Of a stretch of DNA of 64,000 bases, positions 44,334 through 54,660 are shown in pieces. This DNA comes from Cyanidioschyzon merolae. Taxonomy: Eukaryota. Positions within the stretch are counted from its first letter, which is position 1. Each line of letters opens with the position of its first letter. The translations under genes and the position numbers were made by a program. Location: the NCBI GenBank assembly GCA_000091205.1, contig AP006485.2; one strand, written 5' to 3'. The notes beneath the pieces were generated by a model. It saw nothing but the letters and a program-made list of their open reading frames with translations, did not search any database and had not been told where the DNA came from.

Positions 44334-45743
44334 TTACGCGGGAAAGTGCACTTGCTTGCCATCGAGCAGGAAGCTCACGCGAGCTCGCGACTTTCCCGCG
44401 CGCTGCGTTATTGGTGCCGGGCACCGCCCAGTATTCTCATGGGCTTCCGAACGACGCCTGGATTCCAAACTACGCCGAGCAAGTGCCGTTTGCCATGCCA
44501 GCTTTTGCAGCTTCCTTGTTTTCCGCTCTTGCGCTTTTGCAGCCAACGCGGCGGCGTGCGCGAACTCCTTCTCGCGAGCATCGCTGATGCTCTGCTCGAG
44601 CATGCTCGCCACGCGATGTGCAACTGTTTGCTCGGTGTGCTTGTCGACCCATTTGCGATCAGCGCGCTGATGACTTTCATCTTTCACGACGCCACTCTTT
44701 GCTCGTTTGATCAGGGCAGCAAGCCGCTGTTTGCGTCTAATTTCTTGGCCCGTACCCTGCAGAACGACTGCGTGCATCATTTCCCGTAACAGTGTGCGAG
44801 CGTATGTAGCGTTGTTTCTCGCCGTCGCTATTCTACGCCAGAGAGCGCCGGGATCTGCTGTACGACTTAGATAGAGCCGACGCACTTGTCTGAGTGCCCG
44901 TAGGATTTGCGGGTGCGAAGCGTGTTCGAGAAAATCAGCGAGACCCGGAACCAGCTCGCTGGAACCGTGGCTGGCCACATCCGATGATGTGTCCCCGGAA
45001 GAGGCCAGTTCGGATGTGTTTTTCGTCAATGGTGGAAAGTTGGCTGCAAGTTCCGCAAAATCCTGTTGGTTGCTGGGCTCATGAGCCGGCGTTGCTGGCC
45101 ATGGGGATGCTGCGGACCCCGCCTGAGCACCCTCTACAGCTGGTTTCGGTGTCGAGGAACCTAAACGCGTTCGCTTCGGTTCCGGCACCTCGCAACTGGA
45201 GTGGCAAGTCTCGTCTTTGGTAGAACCGGCGGACTGCGACTCGGGTCCAGTGTCCTCTGCTGCGGTGTGCAACGTCACCAGTGACTCAGAAAGCGTCTTG
45301 GGGTTCGCTTTCCTCGACTCAGGCGTTTGCTCGACTGTGTTCGCTAAGCTTTGCTGACTCGCTGGTGCCGAGCGTTCACAGCGCCCGGCTGTTTCCTGAG
45401 AGGTCTCGTTCGGTGCCGCGCGCTTTGCCGGGCCCACCGACGCAGCACGGCGGAAGTGGAGCCACAAAGTTCCCGTGCGCGACTTGTAAAACACATCGGC
45501 ACTTTGCGGCTCGATGCGTACATGATTGGGTAAGATAATATCTGTCGGTGGACGATCCTTATTCCCAGCAACGCTGACGCTCACTCGCGTTCGTGTGGCC
45601 TGGATCTCGAGTCGTTGCTCGGGCGTTCGCCGAGGTACACTCACTCGAAGCCGAACCTGGTCCTCTTGGACTTGTAGTGACCAGGGGTTCCCGGCTGCCA
45701 TCGTCATCAGAGACAATGGAACAGGCAGCGCCCCGTAAAACAC
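44334..45743 (-). CDS. Hypothetical protein with an N-terminal CS (p23/HSP20-like) beta-sandwich domain and a C-terminal charged coiled-coil.
   Basis: The N-terminus NPWSLQVQEDQVRLRVSVP ... RVSVSVAGN ... TDIILPNHVRIEPQSADVFYKSRTGTLWLHFRRA fits the CS-domain alternating pattern. The remainder is Ser/Ala-rich and K/R/E-rich. 469-aa ORF. Confidence 0.3.
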   Translation of the reverse strand: MFYGALPVPLSLMTMAAGNPWSLQVQEDQVRLRVSVPRRTPEQRLEIQATRTRVSVSVAGNKDRPPTDIILPNHVRIEPQSADVFYKSRTGTLWLHFRRAASVGPAKRAAPNETSQETAGRCERSAPASQQSLANTVEQTPESRKANPKTLSESLVTLHTAAEDTGPESQSAGSTKDETCHSSCEVPEPKRTRLGSSTPKPAVEGAQAGSAASPWPATPAHEPSNQQDFAELAANFPPLTKNTSELASSGDTSSDVASHGSSELVPGLADFLEHASHPQILRALRQVRRLYLSRTADPGALWRRIATARNNATYARTLLREMMHAVVLQGTGQEIRRKQRLAALIKRAKSGVVKDESHQRADRKWVDKHTEQTVAHRVASMLEQSISDAREKEFAHAAALAAKAQERKTRKLQKLAWQTALARRSLESRRRSEAHENTGRCPAPITQRAGKSRARVSFLLDGKQVHFPA

Positions 45744-46585
45744 GCTCCTGCTTTAGCGAAACGTCTGCTTGCAGGCGGCACGGCACTCAAGGAGGTCGAA
45801 ACTCCGGAAGCAAAAGAGCACCAGGTTCTGTATTGGCCGCCACGCTCCTGCCTGTGGACGCTACTGAAATCGGCAGCGTGCGAGACTCGATTCAGTCCAA
45901 GTGTTGATTATGGATGAGATTTCATCATCTCTAGCAGCACAAATGGAGAGGTATCGCGCACATCAGGCGCAAGCGGGACTATACAGCGACCTTTGGCAGT
46001 GGTAAGATTCCAGGGCGCTCTCGGCGTCGTTCGTGGAACGCGTGTCCCTCCATTCGTTGTTTCTTTCTATGACTCTTTTACGATCGCCTTTTCTGGTAGA
46101 TTCACAGTCGGCTGGAATCTAGGCTCGGCTCGGCTCGGAGGGAGCGGTGTTGCCTGGAGGTCAACAACCGCAGCACATTGTCTGCTGCATGCCGAGAAGC
46201 GCGTAGGTGACGGCAACGGCACGGCGCTTGTGACTCACACATCCGGCCGGGAGTCAGACTGCGTAGCCTCGAAGCGTGACCCAATCTCGATACTTCTCGT
46301 TGACCTGGAATATCTTGATGGCTGCAAACCGAACCGCGAGGTATCGAGCATTGAGCAAGCAGCGCTGGGCTCTGCATTCTGAAGAATACGACCTCCTACG
46401 AAACGTTACACATCAGTCAGTTGAAACGGGGACGAACACGCAGTTGCTGCTCTCAGTCTCTCTCTCTCTACGGTAGCTGGCGCAGCAGCACGTGAAATAT
46501 GTGCATTGGGGGAAAAGATCAGTTTGTGCCAGCACGCTGGACGGACGGCATCCAGTCGTCTAGGCGAACGTGACCGTCTCTATGG

Positions 46586-46609
46586 AGCAGCAGCAGCAGC
46601 AGCAGCAGC
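46586..46609. repeat. (CAG)n trinucleotide microsatellite.
   Basis: gcagcagcagcagcagcagcagcg. Confidence 0.85.
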
Positions 46610-47325
46610 GCCTTCATGCTGCGCGGGTTTGAGGAACGTTCGCTAAAAGCCACAAACATCGCCAAAGAGGTTTCTCCAGCCCGCGACGATCGATATCTCT
46701 AACCGGGGATGCTCTTACGCATATTCCAGGCTCCTGTAAACTATAGGTAAGGATTCACTCCACGTAGTACCGGGATGACTTCTCCGTAACGCTAACGCAT
46801 CATGTATCTGTCAAGACATGCATACTTGCGTGCTTGCATATGTGGATACGCTGGCCCGTGCTCGCCATGGCGATAACCGGCCGTGGTCCCGTTCCTCTCC
46901 TACAAATCGCGTAGCATCCAAAGCACAGAGACAGCGAGTATGTCGTTGGTGCAGCCGCTAATGAACTTGCTCGACCTCTACGTCGTGGCTTCAGTGCATC
47001 GCGGCTTTTGCGGTCGATGCCCCGGGGCTCGTGTCCGTTTTCGCGCACCAAAGCGTCCGAACAGAGCGGTTTGAAAAGCTTCGCTGCAAACGAGTCCGGT
47101 AATCAGTCACTTGTGGGTTTCGACGATCGATTCGGCAGCTTCTGCCAGGAAACCAAGACGATTCAGAACACGCTCTGATCTTCGTTCCATGCTGCGAGGG
47201 CGCGCCCATAGACCAGGGATGCACGCAATCCCAGCGAATTCAGGGATCCGATCATCATCAGCATCAATAATAATAATAACGGCAGCGGAAGGCGTCCTCG
47301 CTGAACCTCCCAGGTACGGCACCTC

Positions 47326-48342
47326 CTAGTCGACGCTGAATACGGACGCCGATGTCGAGGGAGAGGGACGTTCTCCGAGCTCGGCGCCAAGGTGGGTCGA
47401 TGGTGCTGTCGCCAAGTCGACCGAACGGAGCACATCCGCCCAGGCGATCAGCTGCTGGCACCTTGCACAATGCACCGACTCTGGGAGCAAGCGCTCTGCA
47501 CATGCATACTGTACAATGCACTGCAAATGAAACGATGCGGTACAGTGGAGGCAGTAGCCGGTCGCCTGCGGATACCGCTTACGACGGCCTTTTTCAACAA
47601 ACTGCTCACGAGTAAAGCAGACGCAACAAAGCGTTGACAAGTCTCGGCGGCGATGAAGACTGCCGATGCCGTCCGGCTGCTTCGCCACGGCCTCCACCAC
47701 GGACACATCGCGGAGGATCCGTACCGAAAGGGGCAGTGCAGCAAGCCACCGCTCACTCACGATACGTGGCTTTTGTTGATCACTCGTTCGGTGTCGGTCT
47801 GGCACCACGACACGCAAAGCGATGCAACACCACGGGCGCATGGCCAACAACCGCGCTAGCACCTGCAACCGGCCGGCTATACCATACGGCTGCTTGATGC
47901 TTGTTTCTGAACCAAGCCCAGCTTGGTGTTGTCGCTGCGTTCGACTGTTCCGAGGGTGCTGCCACTGCCACTCGAACTGCAGTGCCTGTACCTGCGAGCG
48001 GAAACCCTCGACGAAAATCAGTAATCGCCAGGGCCTAAACGCCCGAGTCCGATGCGCACCAGCCCCCTTCAGTTCTCCGTTGTGTTGACGTAAACGTCGC
48101 GACGGGTCGGTCGTGAAACCAATGTACGTCCTGTTACGCGCCCTTTTATCCGTTGACTCAGAAACAAGCAGGTAGCAGCAGTATCGCTCCGTGCTCGACG
48201 CCTCGACTTGCGTACCGCCCTCGCCTGAATCGTCGTCAGCAAACGTGCAACTGCTGAACTCGTCATGGAGACCGTAGTCCGCTTCTGTACCAGAAAATCG
48301 AGCAACAGGGTCTAGTATCATGGACCATGAGATCAATCTCAA
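47326..48342 (-). CDS. SLX1: Structure-specific endonuclease subunit SLX1 (GIY-YIG nuclease plus C-terminal PHD/RING-like zinc finger).
   Basis: GIY-YIG motif: YCCYLLVSESTDKRARNRTYIGFTTDPSRRLRQHNGELKGAGAHRTRAFRPWRLLIFVEGFRSQVQALQFEWQWQHP. C-terminal CLHCTASFHLQCIVQYA ... CARCQQ is a zinc-finger pattern. Confidence 0.75.
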   Translation of the reverse strand: MRLISWSMILDPVARFSGTEADYGLHDEFSSCTFADDDSGEGGTQVEASSTERYCCYLLVSESTDKRARNRTYIGFTTDPSRRLRQHNGELKGAGAHRTRAFRPWRLLIFVEGFRSQVQALQFEWQWQHPRNSRTQRQHQAGLGSETSIKQPYGIAGRLQVLARLLAMRPWCCIALRVVVPDRHRTSDQQKPRIVSERWLAALPLSVRILRDVSVVEAVAKQPDGIGSLHRRRDLSTLCCVCFTREQFVEKGRRKRYPQATGYCLHCTASFHLQCIVQYACAERLLPESVHCARCQQLIAWADVLRSVDLATAPSTHLGAELGERPSPSTSASVFSVD

Positions 48343-48495
48343 ACGTCCGTCACGTTCGATTCGTCAGTTTTCCCACGAAGATACCAGCGAGACGCCCCCG
48401 AGAGCGAACCCATTCCCCTCGTATCGATCGATCGATCCGTACCGCACATCCAGTGCGCAGATCGGCGCGAATCCGCAACGGCCGGAACACCGCCG

Positions 48496-48990
48496 GTGTC
48501 CTTGGCGCGAACGCACGCAACCACACGCGATGATGCACGCATCGCGTACGTTGCCTTGGATGCTGCTGCAGTCGTGCGTTTGCAGCGCGTGATGGAGCTC
48601 GACCTCGCCCAAGAGACGCTAGAGCGGAAGCGGGTGAGCACGCTCGTGCGCTGCGCTCTTCAACGACTGGAAGCAGAGCTGCGAGCTGGAACAGACACCG
48701 TCGCTGGAAGAGACGGACGATTCCCGAAGCTCACGCCGACTGCTTCGCGTGCTTTAACCTATTACGTTCGTTTGTTCACTTTAGAGTGCCTGCAGCGCTC
48801 TATTTTGGAAGCGGAGATAGAAGCTGGTGTCGGTGATCGAGCAGAGGAGTCGCTGGTGAACCTTGCAACAACCGAGACACCCGAGGACGTCGGCAGCAGG
48901 CACGTGTCGGCGGTGGAAAGCTCGAGGGTAGTCCGGGTTCAGCCCGAGCACGTGTTGCGCGTTATTCCCCAGCTACTGCTGGACTTTTAG
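48496..48990 (+). CDS. Hypothetical small helical protein, divergently oriented to SLX1.
   Basis: 164-aa ORF with amphipathic helical segments (LVRCALQRLEAELRAG; YYVRLFTLECLQRSILEAE). No family recognised. Confidence 0.2.
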   Translation: MSLARTHATTRDDARIAYVALDAAAVVRLQRVMELDLAQETLERKRVSTLVRCALQRLEAELRAGTDTVAGRDGRFPKLTPTASRALTYYVRLFTLECLQRSILEAEIEAGVGDRAEESLVNLATTETPEDVGSRHVSAVESSRVVRVQPEHVLRVIPQLLLDF

Positions 48991-49230
48991 TGTTGGAAGA
49001 ATTGCAACTTCAGGTGACAGAACTCGCAAAGTACCCCATGATACCAGATCCGCGAGCGTTCCAGCTACGCCACTGCCGAACACCGGTACGACTCGATGAT
49101 GCTGGCGCGATGCACGACGCTCTTTGTCTGCTAAAGCGTCCGATGACTGAATACTGCAGCGATCAACGATAGCGCCAATACCTGCACCTGGGTTGAAATT
49201 GATCTGCGCGTCCGCTGCACGTACACCCTG

Positions 49231-50358
49231 TCACTGGAGGTACTCGAAGATACTGCGTAGCCGCGTACGCGTCACCAATCCGGTCTCAGCCATCGAAGTG
49301 ACGTCCATGGTCAGATCTAAAGGCCGCCGCAGACCGCTCTCCGCTGAAAGGCCGGGCGTGATTCGCCCGGCTGCCCGATGACGGTACTCGCTCCATCGTG
49401 TCGATAAGAGACGCTGGGCGAGCGCAAAGCGATTCGTTGTTTCCGGGCACGCCAGATGAATGACGGTGGCTGTATCACCATCCATCGTGACGCGCTCGCA
49501 TCGAATAGCAGTGGCGACCTCGACAAGTGCCTCGGCCAAGTCATTCGACCATGACATATTTCGAATCTCATCGGTGAAGAGAACCAACGGCTTTTCGTGC
49601 GTTTCGATGAGAGCCGAGCGCAGAAACGCGATCGCTTTTCCATCTTCATGCGGTTGCATACCGAGCGTTAGAATAAGTGATGTACGGGCAATAACAAGAT
49701 CAGGGTGGTGTATGTTTTGCAAGGTATCCTCCATTTCTACTTTGTAGTGACCATACGGATTGAGCGGTCGGCGTGGGGCATCCGTGGTATACGGCGGGTG
49801 CGGCGGCACGCCATCGAACACCTGGTCCGTCGATATCGCGACAAAGCGGCACGAACTGCGCTCCGCACCCTCTACCATGCCTGCGAGCTTGGTTGCCTCT
49901 GCTGCGTAGAGAACATGGTCAACGATTCCAGAGCGAATGTCGTCTCCGCCTGGGCCTGCGGCACCACCGTGTTTCGGAACAGCGCAAAAAACCACCGTGA
50001 GCAACGGTCCGATTTCCGTGCTTGCTCGCTGAATCAGGTCTGAAGTAGCACGTCTATCAGCGGTGTCTAGGTAAAACCATCGTACGGAAGGAGCTTTTGA
50101 TCCAACCGGTGTGCACACTGACGGTCTTCGAGTGCGGTAGGTCGCCCAGACGGCACGAACGCCACTTACAGTTGGCGTTTCCGCAGCTTCGGCTGCCGCC
50201 CGCACAAGAGCGGAGCCGAGTTCACCGCTACCGCCGATCACGAGCAGACCACGCTGGCTCTCAGCGCTGCCATCATATGGGCGATAAACAGCACGAGCTC
50301 GCGAACCGTTCATACCAGAAACCGCAAGCGTGCTGCTGCTGCTGCTGCTGCGGGTCAA
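49231..50358 (-). CDS. NAD(P)-dependent epimerase/reductase of the RmlD (dTDP-4-dehydrorhamnose reductase) / MAT2B-like family.
   Basis: Gly-rich Rossmann motif LLVIGGSGELGSALV. Substrate-binding segment ISTDQVFDG ... PYTTDAPRRPLNPYGHYKVEME matches the RmlD YxxxK region. Confidence 0.5.
   Translation of the reverse strand: MTRSSSSSSTLAVSGMNGSRARAVYRPYDGSAESQRGLLVIGGSGELGSALVRAAAEAAETPTVSGVRAVWATYRTRRPSVCTPVGSKAPSVRWFYLDTADRRATSDLIQRASTEIGPLLTVVFCAVPKHGGAAGPGGDDIRSGIVDHVLYAAEATKLAGMVEGAERSSCRFVAISTDQVFDGVPPHPPYTTDAPRRPLNPYGHYKVEMEDTLQNIHHPDLVIARTSLILTLGMQPHEDGKAIAFLRSALIETHEKPLVLFTDEIRNMSWSNDLAEALVEVATAIRCERVTMDGDTATVIHLACPETTNRFALAQRLLSTRWSEYRHRAAGRITPGLSAESGLRRPLDLTMDVTSMAETGLVTRTRLRSIFEYLQ
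50331..50351. repeat. (GCT)n microsatellite inside the 5' end of the RmlD-like gene, where it encodes the polySer stretch.
   Basis: tgctgctgctgctgctgctgc. Confidence 0.8.
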
Positions 50359-51199
50359 TGGGGCTTCGCTTGTGCGTTGCTGTTCGCGAGCGCTCGCATC
50401 AACGACGAGTGCTGTGCCAGGTGTCGCTAGTAATCGTGCTACCGGTGTTTTCTGGTGCGTGTAAACGCTCCTCAGCCTCCAGAAGGACTATACGTTGGTA
50501 TCTGCTCCACAGGCGCGCGACAGCTCCACCGCAGCCTCGCGATATCGTATGCGGTATCGACGGCAGCGATCGTGTCGGTGCCCAGGCGGCAACGCTCCGT
50601 AAACCTGCAGTACGCGCTCGACTGCACCGTGGTGTATTCGTCTTTGGCAATATTCTCTAACGACGAGGCATGTATCGATGTGGTGCAGGTGCCGTCAACC
50701 AGCGGGACACCTAACTCGCTGGGCAGCTCAACCAGTGCGTTCTCCATGCTCGCGACTCACCGATGCCCAGTGAGCCGACGCAGTTCGCAGACATCCCTCG
50801 GGTCCGGTCGTGCGTTTCAAACAAAAGTCACCGAACGATGCGCTGCTGTGCGTCGCGGGCGGTCAAGCGTAACGACGCGATGCCATGTGATGCGAAAGCA
50901 GTCGGAGGACGAGCTAGAGCCGGGTTGCGCTCGCCATGAAGATCCTCCGATATGCGAGGAATGTTTCCCAGGTCGTTGTAACGCACCGGATGCCTGTCTT
51001 CAATAGGAGAGTATTGGCCATGAGCAAATCCGTGCGACGGTCACGAAGAAACCGGCTCGATGTTTTGAGCTGGGCTCGAATCGATGCACATCGAGGGTTG
51101 CTCATGGTCTCGCATCAATGACGCCGAACTGACTTTCGGAAAGTGGCACTGACGTCCAACAGCGTCGCAAACTTTGCCCCCAGTGTAGCATGCGTAACA

Positions 51200-54100
51200 T
51201 CGAAAAGGTTTCTCCGCAAGCACGAATCACTCCCAGGGGCATTTCAACCGATTTTCCTGGAGTATCGCGAATGCCTTTCAAAAGTTGAAAGCAGTCGCCA
51301 GCAGTTTACAGAAGTGGCGAGTGACCCGCCCTGGACAGAACGTCTCCACCTGACGTGCAGGCGCCATCCAGATCATTTGGACCGGCTATCCACTACTGGT
51401 TTCAAATTCTCTTGTACAAATCCACTGTAAAAGGTTGCCGCACAAAAATCTGTCTCGTCAACTCCGAAAGTCTCTTCTCCATCACCGCGCATCTCGTTAT
51501 GTTGATTGCTGCGTTCAAGTCCTGGTTCACGAATTCCACACGTTTCTTGTCGTTGGTTTTACTTACTAATGCAAGTAGCCCGAACTTTCGCCCTTCTTTC
51601 TATTTGCTCTTCCGTCAGCGCTCCATACTTTGCTGTATCCTCAGGGCTCCGATGGCACTTTTGTATCTCGACCCTCTGGAGTCTACACACCGGTTCTTGG
51701 TGAATGTATGACGCTCGGAACTCATATATCGATATTGTGACAAAACGCCGTGCGCACGCCGTGTACGTTCTCGTCGTTGGAGCTGGCGTATATCCTTTTC
51801 TGGGTCATCCAGCGCCCTGCTCCGTACGCCATTATGAGTATTTGACTCTCGTCCTCCTGCAAGGCGCTCAACTGATTGAAAAGTTGGCGAATGCACGCTG
51901 CTTCCCACATTCCAAGTTCGAACGCAGACGAGCCCACTGGGGCTTTGTATACTCTTTCCACAGCGCGCCTCCCAATGAGCAGCGCGAAATTTCGTGAATT
52001 TCAGAACAGCTTGAAAGTCCGCCCCGCGGGTAGTCACCTGGCTGATCGCTTTCAGTTGCTCTCTCACTCCTGCATTCCATTTCTCAGTTTTCTTCCTCGC
52101 ATTCATTTTTCCCGATTCTCGGTTCTATCTAGCACTTGAGAGCGTTAACAGACGCACGTTTTTCTGACGAAAGTTAGCGTCAATGCCATCTTCCGCACGC
52201 TTGGGTACTGCAATGGTTATGATATTCGTGTTCCAAGGGTCCGCGCCAACGACCAAATCGTTCTCATGCACTCTCTGCGTCGCAAGGTCCGCCTCCTTCT
52301 TTTCTTCATGCTTCGCCACGCCAACGACAAGGTCGTTATCCTCCACTTACTTCGTCGCTGGATCCGCCTCCTTCTTTTCTTCAACCGCCGATAGTGTAGA
52401 CACAAGGTTACTCCATCAGTTTCGATCATCCCAGTGAATACCTTTTGTTTGCTCACTTTGAGACGTTTGAAATTGAAGATATTCTTCTTACTGTACGTCT
52501 CCCGGTTCTCACGGGTGAAGTCCTCCCTGCTAACATTGAACTCCGGACTGATCTCCCTCATGATGCCGTAAAGGACACCGGAGTCGATAGTCCCAAAATG
52601 TGACTTGATGTTGCACAACGGGACGACCTTGAAGCGCTTTCCCATCAGGGCAGCCTTCCGTCTCACCCATTCTTCATTTTCCCGCTGCTCAGCTCCTTTT
52701 CGGCCTTGCGTTCGAGCTCTCGGTCCAAAAACACGAAATATTGCAGGATGAGGCGATAGCACCTATCGTTATCTTTTTTCATGTCTGATACCTTTTCTTT
52801 TGTGTTGACGAGCCCCAAGACTGAACGATGCTCTTTCATAGTCGCATGGATTACAGAAGCTTCATTCGTTCGCTTTCGTGACGTCTTCTCGTCGACGAAT
52901 TCGATATCTTCTTCATTCTTACGATCGTTCCTGACGCCATTGATGATGGCCCATATTCCCTGGCGGACGAAGTCCGGGTAGGGTGCAATGATGGAGTGTT
53001 TCATGAAGCTTTTGAGGTTCGTAGTCATGAGGTTCTTCATGTTCGTGAGGTACATTCTCGCCTCGTATTCGTAAATATACCCATCATCATTGTACCGAGT
53101 ACCTTCGAAGCGGTATTCGTCGTGATTTTCGTGGACGGCATGCACTCACTCATTTTTCGTCGACGTTTTGCCCTGTACCAAGCATCAGGTGGCGAATGAA
53201 TGTCATAATGAAAAATTCCTTCATACCTCGACTGTTCCCGTGTGCGTCACTTCGTCGTACACCTCCTCCACCGAATGCATTAGCCCAGACGAGGCCTCTA
53301 TAATACTCATGGAGCACGAATCGACACGGTTTCTGATGGCCTCTTGGAACTTTTGGTTCTACGGATCCTTGATATATCCAAGAAGGCAGGCTTTCACTAC
53401 CATGTCGTCGTAGTGCAGTCTTTCATGCGGGAATTGACGTTGCGACTCCCCCGTTGTTTCTTCGTCTTTTCCAATTCTTCTTTTCTCAGTACTGTTTTTC
53501 GGTTTTCTCCATCAGCCGGCGACATCAGGCTTCCGGGTTCCTTTACTTCCACTTCCATGACTTTCCTTTTTTTGAAAACGAACACACTTTAAACGTTTCT
53601 GGTATAAACCGCGAAAAATAACTTGAATATACAAACGTGAAATTTGAAAAGTAATTGAAATGAAAAACTGTATTTTTAGACGTCTTCTGCGCCAGTACAA
53701 CTTGTAGGTTAGAGCAACAAGTCAACGAATGGCCAGGCTCGCGCTTCCCTTCATTGGCGAGATACACGTCGAGTCTCATGCCTGCCAGACAAGGCGGTGC
53801 CAGTTTTCGACCGTACTATATAGAAAACAGACCAGAGACTATCCACGAACTAGCAACGAGATAAGAATTTCTTTCGCCCTCTACGATTAACGTTACAAGA
53901 GGCAAAACTTGTTCCGCATTGCCAAAAATGTACCTTATGGGAGCAACGTCCCGTTATCCAAACGAGTCCTCCAGGCTCGAGCTCTCTGCGCTCCCAGTGA
54001 CGGGTGCTCTGGTGAGAGGCCTGAGCAACTCGTCCACAACGCAGTTTACGCTGGAACTAGGAGCAGGATGCTGCGTCAGGGCATCGTCCTGGTCGCAGTG

Positions 54101-54450
54101 GACTACTAGTAGATCCCTTCGCGCTTTCGCAAACAGTACGCCTGTCTGCGCAGCTTGCTGGCTCCCAGAACGATAACTAGCCGTGTTCGCGTATCAGATG
54201 TAGCGTTCCTCAAGCCGATGCCTTCAGTGGGACTGCCAACACAGTTCTGTCTTCGTGATGCATCTGAACCAACGGTAAAGGCGCAATCGCGGACGATCAT
54301 GCCGTGCGCACGACCCACGATAGAACGTACAATTCAACCAGTATGCCCGGGTCTACGTATGGGTAATGGAACTGAAAAGTAGGGCGTGGATCGATGGATG
54401 CTTTACTGCGCGCTGAAAACAACCAAAAAAGAAACGAGAAGAAAGTAGAG
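51200..54450 (-). other. AT-rich compositional island (~35-45% GC against ~57% for the rest of the window). It carries a series of frameshifted, K/R/E-rich minus-strand ORFs. Possibly a degenerate mobile element or a foreign-derived insertion.
   Basis: There is a marked drop in GC, for example around 53560-53700. Minus-strand ORFs 53543..53779, 53397..53585, 52663..53145, 52217..52762 and 51615..52106 lie in shifting frames with 100-bp overlaps. ORF 52217..52762 has motifs '[27 protein letters not shown]' and '[16 protein letters not shown]', which are reminiscent of a DDE-transposase catalytic region but unassigned. There is a 2-copy ~72-bp tandem repeat at 52247-52390. Confidence 0.35.
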
Positions 54451-54660
54451 AAAAAGCGGACAGCCGAAGAGCGCCGGCCTATGTGAGATCGATTTGTCTA
54501 TTTAAGAAAAATCGACAGCCAGCAGCGACACATCGAGAGGCGTTGGACACGCGCGCCTTGCGAACCTCCGCAGACCTGCGCAGATACCGCACACAGACGC
54601 TTTCGCACGCGTATATGGATACGTTGCTGTGACCTGCGCTGTGCGCGACCTCGGGACCCG

